NCBI GenBank assembly: GCA_965228695.1
Contig: CBDDIB010000002.1
Location: 304,192-368,191 of the forward strand
Source: Alphaproteobacteria bacterium
GTDB taxonomy: Bacteria > Pseudomonadota > Alphaproteobacteria > UBA8366
Length of the DNA stretch: 64,000 bases
Reading direction: 5' to 3'
Positions 9,122-17,897 of this stretch are shown here, in pieces. The notes beneath the pieces were generated by a model. It saw nothing but the letters and a program-made list of their open reading frames with translations, had not been told where the DNA came from and did not search any database. Position 1 is the first letter of the stretch. Every line of letters starts with the position of its first letter. Position numbers and translations under genes: made by a program.

Positions 9122-11182
9122 TTAGGCTGCCTTGACGTCGGAAATGAATTTCTCGACGACACTGCGCAGCATATCCGACTGCTGCGACAGTTCGCCCGCC
9201 GATTCCAGCACCTGCTGCGCGGCGGATCCTGTTTCCCCCGCCGCTTGCGTGATACCGACGATGTTGCTGCTGACTTCCTGCGTCCCGGTCGCCGCCTGCT
9301 GGGTATTCTCGGCAATTTCGCGAGTGGCAGCCCCTTGCTCAGCGACCGCGGCGGAGATGGTTTCCGCAATCGAATTGATCTCGCGGATCGTCTCGCCGAT
9401 ACCCCTGATCGCACCGACCGCGTTGTCGGTCACCGACTGCATGCTGCCGACCTGCTCGCTGATCTCGTCGGTCGCCTTCGCGGTCCTGGGTTGCCAGATT
9501 TTTGACCTCCGACGCCACGACGGCGAAGCCCTTGCCGGCCTCGCCCGCGCGGCGCGGCCTCGATTGTCGCATTCAACGCCAACAGGTTGGTCTGCTCGGC
9601 AATCTCGCTGATCAGGCCCACGACCTCGCCGATTTTCTGTGCGGCGTCGGCCAGGGACTGCACCGTTTCGTTCGTGCGTTCGGCCTCGGCATTCGCCTTG
9701 GTCGTGATTTCCGCCGATTGGGATACTTGGCGGTTGATCTCGTTGATCGAGGCCGACATTTCTTCCGATGCGGATGCCACAGTTTGTACGTTTGCCGTCG
9801 CCTGCTCGGACGCGGCGGCGACCGCCGTCGTCTGATTGCTGGTCTGTTCCGCGGTCGCGGACATCGCCTCGGCGGTCGACCGCATCTCGGCGGACGCCCC
9901 GGCAACCGAATTCACGATCTCCGACGCCTGCGAGTCGAAAGTCTCGGTCAGCTCGACGAGATATTTCGCCCGTTCTTCGCGCCGCTCCTGCGACTGACGT
10001 TCGACTTCCTCGAGACGTTTCTGCTCGATGGCACTCTCCTTGAAAGTCTGCATCGCCTCGGCCATTGCGCCAACTTCGTCCGCGCGATTCTGCGCGGGGA
10101 CTTCCACATCGAGGTTACCGGCCGAAAGGTCCTTCATCGCAACGGTCATGGCAACCACCGGCTTTGAGATCATGCTGCCCAGGCCCCAAGCCAGCCCGAG
10201 GCCCACGATGAGACCGAGGATACTGATCGCCGCGATGGAAATTTCCCCGTTGAGTATGATCTCGTCCGTCTCGGCGCGCAGCCGCGCCTCTTCCTTCTCG
10301 GCGGAATGTTGCAGCCATTCGGCATCGTCGATGATGATCTTCGAATTCGCGGCAAGGTCGGTATCGAGCAGCGTCTGCAGTTTCAACTCGTCCTTGTGCA
10401 CGATCTCGTAGGTCTTTTCATAGTCGTGGAACAGTTCCACGACTTCGGCGAACAGGGTCCTTTTCCTTATCCGTGTTCAGCGTGCCTTTCAGCGCCTTCA
10501 ACGTTTTGTCGAACACCACGAATTCGGCTTCGGTCTTCTCGGCGTAACTTTCGTCGCGCTGGCCGATCAGGATGTTGGTATAGAGCTGAATTAGCAGAGC
10601 GTGTTCGAGCGCGCTATTCGCCAGCTTAACGGCCGGGGCATTGCCCTCATGCTCCGCCTCCTCGATGATCATTTCCAAGTCCTTGACGATCTTCTCGCCT
10701 TCCGGGAATAGCCGATCGCGCACCAGCGTATCGTGCTCGGCCTTGAGCGCCGTCATCGTCTTGAACTGGCCCAGATACGCCGTAAAGGCGTTGCTTAGTT
10801 CTTCGACCTTGGCCCGGTGTTTCGGGTCGTGGATCACCGCAAGCCCGTGTTCGATGTTCTTGGTGATCTTCGTCGCGAGTTCGCGCACGGCGGCCACATC
10901 GGAGGCGCGACCCGTATATCCGTATTCCCGGACATGCGCGCGGAGCTTCAGGAAGTTCGTTTCGATCTTCGCCGCAACCGAGGCCTCTTCGACCGCTTCG
11001 GCAAACTTGTCCACATCCGTGCCGACCGATACGAAGCTGATATACCCGTTGGCGGCGACGAGAACGAGGACCGCGAGAACGACCGCCATGCCGCCCATGA
11101 TCTTCGACCGGATCTTCAGATCGTTAAGGAAGCCAACAATCCCAGAGGTCTTGGAATTGGCTAAAACACCATTCGCAACCAT
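9122..11182 (-). pseudogene. methyl-accepting chemotaxis protein, disrupted by three +1 frameshifts
   Basis: Four consecutive minus-strand ORF pieces in frames 1, 0, 2, 1: 10418..11182 (TM1 plus periplasmic helical sensor), 9430..10440 (TM2, HAMP, start of signalling domain), 9339..9572 ([22 protein letters not shown]) and 9122..9442 (C-terminal signalling domain). Single extra bases near 10455-10457, 9551-9552 and 9485-9486 explain each shift. Confidence 0.85.
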
Positions 11183-11410
11183 TTTTTCGCCTCGAACTGC
11201 ATGTGTTTGCACCTTGGACCGAATCCGCTGCAAAACATGTTTCGATCCATGTCTTCGCGAAAGACAGGATAGTTTCGGGCGTCCCCGCTGCGGATGGTAC
11301 CGCCGCTAACACCCGTCATGGTTTAGCGATTTCCAATCCAAATTTGGATCTGTGCGCGTCTCGATTCCGACAGGACGGAACAGATCCTGGCCACACCATA
11401 GCGACCACCC

Positions 11411-11520
11411 CTTAAAGAAGTGTATATAAACGATAATTCAATTTTTTATTGAAGTTTTACAACGGTTTACCATTCACGATTACATTGTATTATTTTAAAA
11501 AACTTTCAATTTAAGCTTGC
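11411..11520. other. sharply AT-rich non-coding block
   Basis: Hand count gives 26 G+C in 110 nt (about 24%), in an otherwise GC-rich window. Contains the small hairpin TTCAAT-TTTTT-ATTGAA (11447..11463) and repeated TTCAATTT motifs. Lies between the MCP pseudogene start and the TauE-family gene. Confidence 0.7.
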
Positions 11521-11718
11521 TGGGTCCCCATATTTTTAGGCTAGTTCGGTCTGAAAAAAGCCCGTTCAACGGAGACGTTCATATTTGAATTCTCGTTTAA
11601 CGTGTGCGTCGCTGATCTTGACGTCCAACGCCGCCACGACGGCATCGCCCTCGCCGACGCGTATGCGGTCACGCCGATCTGACTTCATTTGCATCGGCAA
11701 GCCATGTAGGTTGGACCG

Positions 11719-12462
11719 ATGTCCGACCCCGCCACACTTGCCATCATTTTCATCACCTTCCTGATCGCCGGCAGCGTCAAGGGCGTGATCGGCCTCGGCC
11801 TGCCGAGCGTCAGTTTGGCCCTTCTCACCGCGACGCTCGGGCTGCCGCAGGCGATGGCCCTGCTCTTGGTGCCGTCCTTCGTCACCAATCTCTGGCAGGC
11901 CATGGTCGGCGGGAACGGCATGTCTGTGTTGAAACGGCTTTGGCCCTTTCTGATCATGGCGACCGTCACCGTATGGCTCGGCGCGACCGCGCTGACCCGG
12001 GTCGACCTGGCATTGCTGTCGGCGCTCTTGGGTGTCCTGCTCGCCACCTATTCGGCATTGAGCTTGCTGAAGGTCCGGATCGTCATCGCCCCGCGGTACG
12101 AAGCGTGGGCCGGGCCGATGTTCGGTACGGTAAACGGCGTGCTGACCGGCATGACCGGCTCCTTCGTCGTGCCCGGGGTCATGTTCCTGCAGGCGATCGG
12201 CCTGCCGCGCGACATGTTCATCCAGGCGATGGGCATGCTGTTCACCGTATCGACCGTCGCCCTCGCCGTGGCCCTCGAGGGAAACAACCTGCTGTCGGCG
12301 GATTTGGGCATCCTGTCGGCGGCCGGGGTCGTCCCGGCGGTGATCGGCATGGTGGTCGGCCAGCGCGTCCGCCGGCGGCTGTCGGAAGAACGATTCCGGC
12401 AAGTTTTCTTCGTCGCCTTGTTGGTGATGGGCCTCTACATCATCGCCCGCGCCGCGTTCTAG
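11719..12462 (+). CDS. TauE/SafE family anion (sulfite/organosulfonate-type) exporter
   Basis: 247 aa with about 8 TM. N-terminus FLIAGSVKGVIGLGLPSVSLALL and a second-half repeat GVLTGMTGSFVVPG are typical of the TauE/SafE (DUF81) family. Confidence 0.78.
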   Translation: MSDPATLAIIFITFLIAGSVKGVIGLGLPSVSLALLTATLGLPQAMALLLVPSFVTNLWQAMVGGNGMSVLKRLWPFLIMATVTVWLGATALTRVDLALLSALLGVLLATYSALSLLKVRIVIAPRYEAWAGPMFGTVNGVLTGMTGSFVVPGVMFLQAIGLPRDMFIQAMGMLFTVSTVALAVALEGNNLLSADLGILSAAGVVPAVIGMVVGQRVRRRLSEERFRQVFFVALLVMGLYIIARAAF

Positions 12463-12533
12463 TTTGGGCGGCGACCGCGGAAGTGGCATAGTTTCCCGAC
12501 GCCGGTCCTACAGACATTGGGAAGGAAACGTCC

Positions 12534-13325
12534 ATGAGCGACACCGCCAAGACCGCCCACAAGCCGAAATCGCATTTTCACGCGCGCGTTTCGGTAGAGA
12601 TGGAGCAGCATCTGGAAAAACCGGAATGGGGTCTCCGGGAAAAACTGGCGCTGACCGCGCGCATGCTCGCGCGCGATGGCCACGGTTCGGGCCTTGCCGG
12701 GCAGATCACCGCGCGCGGCGACGAACCCGGCACCATGTGGACCGGCCGCTTCGGTCTCGGACTGGAGGAATTGTGCGCCTCCGATTTCATGCTGGTCGAC
12801 GACGACCTGAACGTTCTGGACGGCGAGGGCATGCCCAATCCGGCCAACCGGTTCCATCTGTGGGTCTACAAGGCACGGCCGGACGTGAAAAGCATCGTGC
12901 ATACGCATCCGCCTTACGTCTCGGCGTTGTCGATGATCGGCGTGCCGCTGATCGCCTCGCATATGGACACGTCGATGTTCTATGACGACTGCGCCTGGCT
13001 CAGCGAATGGCCGGGGCCGCCGATCGGCGATGACGAAGGCGAGTTGATCGCCACAGCGCTCGGCGACAAGCGGTCGATCCTGCTGGCGCATCACGGCCAG
13101 CTTTCCGCGGGGGGATCGGTCGAGGAAGCCGCCGTCCTCGCCTTCCATTTCGAACGGGCGGCGCAGCTCCAGCTCCTGGCGATGGCGGCGGGCGAAATCG
13201 AACCGCTCGACCCGGATTGCGGCCGCGACGCGCATGACTACCGTCTGAAGCCGGCGGTGGTCGACGCCACCTTCCTGTATCAAGCACGCCTGGTACTGCG
13301 GACAGAGGCCGACTGCCTGGACTAA
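12534..13325 (+). CDS. class II aldolase/adducin-fold protein (aldolase or non-oxidative decarboxylase type)
   Basis: 263 aa with GGAAGGA SD. Family core ...IVHTHPPYVSALS...LLAHHGQLSAGGSVEEAAVLAFHFERAAQLQ, with metal-binding His residues. Confidence 0.8.
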   Translation: MSDTAKTAHKPKSHFHARVSVEMEQHLEKPEWGLREKLALTARMLARDGHGSGLAGQITARGDEPGTMWTGRFGLGLEELCASDFMLVDDDLNVLDGEGMPNPANRFHLWVYKARPDVKSIVHTHPPYVSALSMIGVPLIASHMDTSMFYDDCAWLSEWPGPPIGDDEGELIATALGDKRSILLAHHGQLSAGGSVEEAAVLAFHFERAAQLQLLAMAAGEIEPLDPDCGRDAHDYRLKPAVVDATFLYQARLVLRTEADCLD

Positions 13326-14284
13326 CGCCTCGTCGCCTTGGCAAACCGCCGCGCCAGCGGTTTCATCAAATGCGGTGACAGGTAAATCGGGAACTGGCAC
13401 ATCGCGAAATAAAGCCACGCCATGTCCGGCAGCACGCCGCCTGTCGCCGCGAGCATCAACCCCATATTCCGCTGGGACGCCATAAAGGCGAGCGCGAAGG
13501 CACGGTCCCGGCCGGCCCACAGGAAGGCCAGAAGCGAGACCCCCAACACCGCGAAGGTGATGACGAAAGCCAGAATGCCGATGGCCGTCGCAAACAGCGG
13601 CGCCGCCAGGAAGGTGTCCGCCACGCTTTCCATCACCGCGGCGACGAAGACGAACAACACCAGGACGTTGAGGCCGTCGATCTCGTCCTTGCGGCGAACG
13701 ATCGCATCGCCGCCGGCAATCCGCCGGAGAACCGCGGCGATCGAGGCCGACCCGGCCAGGATCGCCAGCAGCTTGATCCCCAACGCAACCGGCGACAACG
13801 ACAGCGTCTCGTCGAGAAACAGGTAGGCATAGAAACTCGCGGTCAATGGCGTCAGCGCCGTGCTCGCGACCAGGGTGAGCAGGATCAGCGTCGCATCGAA
13901 CCCCATCAGCGCGGCGAAGGCCGGGGCCGCCATCATCGGCGACGCAACCGCCTGCAGCATGATCGCCAGATACAGGTCGGGAAAACGTCCCTCCAGATCG
14001 AACACCATGCAAACGCCCGCGAAGAGCAATGGCATTACGATCATTGTCCAGCCGGTCGCGGCCAACAGAACACCGGGACGCCGCAAGGTGCCGCGCAAGG
14101 ATGCGGCATCGACCCGCAGGAAGGCGATGCAGAGCAGCGCGAAGATCGCTTCGGCGACATAAGGCTTGAGCACCGCGCCGACCGCCGGCACCGCGATCCC
14201 GATGAACACCAGCACCGCGATCGCGCCGGTGCCCTGCCGGCCGAGCCATGCCAACCCGGCCATCGGTGTATCGAGAACGGACAT
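13322..14284 (-). CDS. BASS/SBF-like (bile acid:Na+ symporter family) transporter
   Basis: About 320 aa polytopic membrane protein with two-fold internal organisation and a pattern resembling SBF-like transporters. Family assignment is by eye only. I prefer the start at ATG 14284 (GGCGGA SD) over GTG 14314. Confidence 0.5.
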   Translation of the reverse strand: MSVLDTPMAGLAWLGRQGTGAIAVLVFIGIAVPAVGAVLKPYVAEAIFALLCIAFLRVDAASLRGTLRRPGVLLAATGWTMIVMPLLFAGVCMVFDLEGRFPDLYLAIMLQAVASPMMAAPAFAALMGFDATLILLTLVASTALTPLTASFYAYLFLDETLSLSPVALGIKLLAILAGSASIAAVLRRIAGGDAIVRRKDEIDGLNVLVLFVFVAAVMESVADTFLAAPLFATAIGILAFVITFAVLGVSLLAFLWAGRDRAFALAFMASQRNMGLMLAATGGVLPDMAWLYFAMCQFPIYLSPHLMKPLARRFAKATRR

Positions 14285-14375
14285 CGTTCCGCCGTTCAGT
14301 GCGTTGTGGAACACCCCCGAGCCGGCATCCTACCGCACCGCGGCGTCGCCGAAAGGACCGGTTCGGCGGAAATTG

Positions 14376-14729
14376 TTAGGCCAGCACCTTCTGCAAGGTA
14401 TGGCGGCGGTTGCTCGTGAAGGGCCGGACCTGTTCGGGCCAGCGGCCCTGCTCGATCGCGTCCGCCCATGCGGTACTGGTCAACACCTCGGGGCTTTCGA
14501 TCTCATAGACCGCGCTGTAGGTCGGCTCGGCGCTCGTATCGACCGTCTTTTCCTCGCCGCCGATGCTCAGCGTCAGCGGCGCCTGTTTCAGCCGCGTCAC
14601 CGAGATCACGCCCGGGACCTGCAGCAGCATCGGCACATGTTCTTCGTCGTAGACCTCGTTGAAAAGATCTTCCTTGTCCGGATCCACGTCCATGCTGGCG
14701 GTGAAGATGTATCGCGCCGTGATCGGCAT
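14376..14729 (-). CDS. small alpha+beta (EthD/Dabb-like?) protein of unknown function
   Basis: 117 aa with ATG and GGAAGGAAA SD, tightly spaced between the dioxygenase and transporter genes. Fold assignment is tentative. Confidence 0.45.
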   Translation of the reverse strand: MPITARYIFTASMDVDPDKEDLFNEVYDEEHVPMLLQVPGVISVTRLKQAPLTLSIGGEEKTVDTSAEPTYSAVYEIESPEVLTSTAWADAIEQGRWPEQVRPFTSNRRHTLQKVLA

Positions 14730-14747
14730 ACCGTTTCCTTCCTGATA

Positions 14748-15623
14748 TTAATCGCGAATCCAGCCTGGCCCCCACAGATTGAGGCTGCGTTCCTCGAGCG
14801 GCCAGACGCGCGGGGCCATTTCGCGCGGCATAATTTCCAGCTCGGCGGAAATCTCCACCTGGTTATCATGCGGGTCCTTGATCATGAAGAACAGGTTGTT
14901 GCCGGGTCCGTGCCGGCCCGGCCCCCACCACAGCTTGATATGCCGCGACGACATGTGGTCGGCCCAGTCGCGGATGTCGTTCCACGACGACGTTTCATAG
15001 GCATGATGGTCGGAGCCGACCGCCGACGCGCTGAACACCGCGAAGCTGTGATGTTCCGGATCGGAACGATAGAAGGCGACCTTGCGCGTCGCCGGATCGT
15101 CGACATCCGCGCTGCAATAGTCGGACGGCACATAGCCGAGCACGTCCTCGTAGAAGGACATCATGCGCGCGAGGTTGTCGGTCGCCACCACCACATGCTG
15201 CAGCCGTCCGGACAGCTTGACCGCCGACGGCGTGTTGACCGCCTTGTGCGACGGCAGGTCCCGGCGCACAAGGCCGAACACGTTCAGCCAGCCGTCGGGA
15301 TCGCGCACCGCAACCGCGTCGTCCTCGAAGACCGCCGAGGGCGACGGCTCGGTGTTCACGCCCTGGCCCTGCACGAAGTCGCGGATATCCTGTAGCTGTC
15401 GCCTGTCCCGGACGCGGAATCCGTGATAGGGCCGCTCGCCCGGCGCACCGGGGCCGACGACCAGCCGCCGGCCGGGCCCTTGCAGCAGGACGGTGCCGTC
15501 CGGCATCGGCGACGCCTGATACCCGAAAGTATCGGCGTAGAAATCCGCCAGCATGGCCGGATCGTCGGAATTCAGCCGCAGATGGTCCAATTGGGACGGC
15601 CAAATCGGGGAGTCGGTACTCAT
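14748..15623 (-). CDS. type I (two-domain VOC) extradiol ring-cleavage dioxygenase
   Basis: 291 aa with two glyoxalase/VOC modules (LDHLRLNSDDPAMLADFY... and LQHVVVATDNLARMMSFYEDVLG...). Candidate metal ligands HHAYETSS and ...QVEISAELE resemble catechol/dihydroxybiphenyl 2,3-dioxygenases. Confidence 0.8.
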   Translation of the reverse strand: MSTDSPIWPSQLDHLRLNSDDPAMLADFYADTFGYQASPMPDGTVLLQGPGRRLVVGPGAPGERPYHGFRVRDRRQLQDIRDFVQGQGVNTEPSPSAVFEDDAVAVRDPDGWLNVFGLVRRDLPSHKAVNTPSAVKLSGRLQHVVVATDNLARMMSFYEDVLGYVPSDYCSADVDDPATRKVAFYRSDPEHHSFAVFSASAVGSDHHAYETSSWNDIRDWADHMSSRHIKLWWGPGRHGPGNNLFFMIKDPHDNQVEISAELEIMPREMAPRVWPLEERSLNLWGPGWIRD

Positions 15624-15674
15624 GAAGTCGCTCGCTCTGAAATAGGCTAAGGCATTCTAGGCGTTTCAGGACAG

Positions 15675-15715
15675 ACCGCAACGCGCTCCATGACGTTTCG
15701 CGGTTGACCGCAACG
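15675..15715. promoter_or_regulatory. direct repeat GACCGCAACG x2 (31-bp phasing) in divergent promoter region
   Basis: GACCGCAACG occurs at 15675..15684 and 15706..15715. The segment between contains CGTTTCGCGG, an imperfect inverted copy. It sits in the 192-bp gap between the divergent dioxygenase operons. Confidence 0.35.
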
Positions 15716-15747
15716 TCTGCCCCGGCGGGTCAGCCGGTCCGATTATG

Positions 15748-15777
15748 TTGTCCGGCGGCCCGTCGGATCGCTATAAT
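15748..15777 (+). promoter_or_regulatory. sigma70-like promoter for the Rieske oxygenase operon
   Basis: TTGTCC (15748..15753), an 18-nt spacer, then a perfect TATAAT (15772..15777), 38 nt before ATG 15816. GGAAGGA SD follows. Confidence 0.4.
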
Positions 15778-15815
15778 CCGCTGTAAATAAAGACGATAGC
15801 GGGAAGGAAACGACC

Positions 15816-17183
15816 ATGGGCGGTAACGGCCCTCGGCAGTACACCGGCGACCTGGTCAACATCGACGCCGGGCGGATCAGCCGGGACATCTTTACCGATC
15901 AGGCCATCTACGAAGACGAGCTGGAGCGGATTTTCCCGCGCTCCTGGATGTTCGTCGGCCATGAGAGCCAGATCCCGGAACCCGGCGATTTCATTCTCAG
16001 CCGCATGGCCGAGGAGTCGGTGATTTTCAACCGCGACCGGCACGGCAAGCTGCATGTCTTTTTAAACAACTGCCGCCATCGCGGCATGCGCGTCTGCCGC
16101 GCCGATACCGGCAACACGCGCAAATTCATGTGCCCCTTCCACGCCTGGGTGTTCTCCGACGAAGGCGCGCTGGTCGGCGTACCGAAGATGGAAACCGGCT
16201 ACCACAACGAACTCGACAAGTCGCAATGGGGCCTGATCGAAGCGCGCGTGGCCAGCTACCACGGCTATGTATTCGCCTGCTGGGACGAGGAGACGCCGGA
16301 CTTCGAAACATATCTGGGCGACCTGCGTTTCTACTTCGACGACTACTGCGAACTACCTGACGGCACCCATGGGGAATGGGAGGCGTTCGGCGGCGTCTTC
16401 AAATGGCGCGTGCCGTGCAATTGGAAATTCGGCGCTGAAAATTTCGGCGGCGACTATTACCACAACCCGAGCCACGCCTCGGTCGACGCGGTCGTGTTGT
16501 CCCCCGCCGGGGTGAAGGGCCGCCACACCTACGACGCGATCACCAAAACGCGGGAACTTTACAAGCTCAACATCTGCGTGACGCCGGAGGGGCACACCGC
16601 GCGCGGCGAGCTGTTCAAGGACGACTACGAATATCTGCCCACCTATCAGGAAATGGCGGTCGTCGAAGATTATTTCCGCGACTGCTACAAGCAGCGCCAA
16701 TCGCGGCTCGGCGAGAAGGCGCGCTGGTTCGGACATGGCGGCACGATCTTTCCCAATGTCTCCTTTTCGAACGGCGTGCAAAGCATGGGGACGTGGAATC
16801 CGTGCGGTCCGCACGAGACCGAAATTTGGCGCATCTTCCTGGCGCCCAAGGAAGCGCCCGACGAGGTCAAGAACGTGCTGCGCCACTACGTCATCCGGTA
16901 TCAGGGACCGTCGGGCCTCACCGAGCAGGACGACATGGAGAATTGGGGCTCGGCCCATCAAGGCGCCCGCGGCACGATCGCGCGGCGCTACGATTACCAC
17001 TACGGCATGGGCATGGGCTACGAGCGCAAGGGCTGGCCGGTCGAATGGCTCGGCGGCGACGTTTACGCGACCGAGGACGTGTCGGAACAGAACCAGCGCG
17101 CTTACTACGCCCGCTGGGCCCGGGACATGGACAACCCGCCGGCCGCGGACCGCCGGCCGGAACCCGCCGAAGCGGCGGAGTAG
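15816..17183 (+). CDS. aromatic ring-hydroxylating (Rieske non-heme iron) oxygenase, alpha subunit
   Basis: Rieske motif CRHRGMRVC...CPFHAW. Mononuclear iron motif GDYYHNPSHAS. N-terminal region closely resembles toluene/biphenyl-type alpha subunits (CRHRGMRxCRAD.GN...F.C..H.W). Confidence 0.9.
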   Translation: MGGNGPRQYTGDLVNIDAGRISRDIFTDQAIYEDELERIFPRSWMFVGHESQIPEPGDFILSRMAEESVIFNRDRHGKLHVFLNNCRHRGMRVCRADTGNTRKFMCPFHAWVFSDEGALVGVPKMETGYHNELDKSQWGLIEARVASYHGYVFACWDEETPDFETYLGDLRFYFDDYCELPDGTHGEWEAFGGVFKWRVPCNWKFGAENFGGDYYHNPSHASVDAVVLSPAGVKGRHTYDAITKTRELYKLNICVTPEGHTARGELFKDDYEYLPTYQEMAVVEDYFRDCYKQRQSRLGEKARWFGHGGTIFPNVSFSNGVQSMGTWNPCGPHETEIWRIFLAPKEAPDEVKNVLRHYVIRYQGPSGLTEQDDMENWGSAHQGARGTIARRYDYHYGMGMGYERKGWPVEWLGGDVYATEDVSEQNQRAYYARWARDMDNPPAADRRPEPAEAAE

Positions 17184-17192
17184 GAAACGGCC

Positions 17193-17729
17193 ATGGATGG
17201 AACGCCGCAAAGCACGCTGATCGACGAACTGCTGCTGCGGTATCGTGTCGAGCAGTTCTATATCCACGAGGCGGAACTGCTGGACACGCGCCAGTTCGAG
17301 GCATGGCTCGACCTCCTGGCCGAGGATATCCGCTACTGGATGCCGGTCACGCGCAACAAGGGCCATGGCGAGTGGGACGACGAATACACCCGCGAAGGCA
17401 AGGATCTGAACTGGTTCGACGAGGGCAAGTTCGAGCTGGAGCAGCGGGTCAAGCAGATCGCCACCGGCCTGCACTGGGCCGAGGAGCCAATCTCGCGGAC
17501 GTGCCACATGTTCTCGAACCTGCAGGTGACCGACGACGACGGCGAGACACTGACCGCCCGCTGCCGCTTCATCGTGTATCGCAACCGGACCGAGACGGAG
17601 ACGGACTTCTTCGTCGGCAAACGCCAGGATACGCTGCGCGAAACCGACGACGGCTTCGTCATCGCGGCGCGCGAAATCTATCTCGACCAAAGCGTGCTGT
17701 TGGCGAAGAACCTGACGGTTTTCTTTTAG
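17193..17729 (+). CDS. aromatic ring-hydroxylating oxygenase, beta subunit (NTF2/SnoaL fold)
   Basis: 178 aa, starts 10 nt after the alpha-subunit stop. Typical beta-subunit features (EQFYIHEAELLDTRQFEAWLDLLAEDIRYWMP..., ...FVIAAREIYLDQSVL). Confidence 0.85.
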   Translation: MDGTPQSTLIDELLLRYRVEQFYIHEAELLDTRQFEAWLDLLAEDIRYWMPVTRNKGHGEWDDEYTREGKDLNWFDEGKFELEQRVKQIATGLHWAEEPISRTCHMFSNLQVTDDDGETLTARCRFIVYRNRTETETDFFVGKRQDTLRETDDGFVIAAREIYLDQSVLLAKNLTVFF

Positions 17730-17749
17730 GCGGCGTACGCAAACTGAGT

Positions 17750-17847
17750 GTCATTCCCGCGAACGCGGGAATCCAAGCACCTGCTGACCCCGCTCGTCGT
17801 CCCACCATCCAATGAATTCACTGGATTCCCGCTTTCGCGGGAATGAC
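17750..17847. repeat. REP/MITE-like double hairpin element
   Basis: GTCATTCCCGCGAACGCGGGAATCC (17750..17774) and GGATTCCCGCTTTCGCGGGAATGAC (17823..17847) are each palindromic hairpins. They are inverted copies of one another (24/25) flanking a 48-bp spacer. They produce the artefactual peptides VIPANAGIQ and SFPRKRESS in the ORF track. Confidence 0.75.
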
Positions 17848-17897
17848 AATGATGGCGCTGTAGGCAACCATTCCAAACGCAAGAACGGAGACGCATC

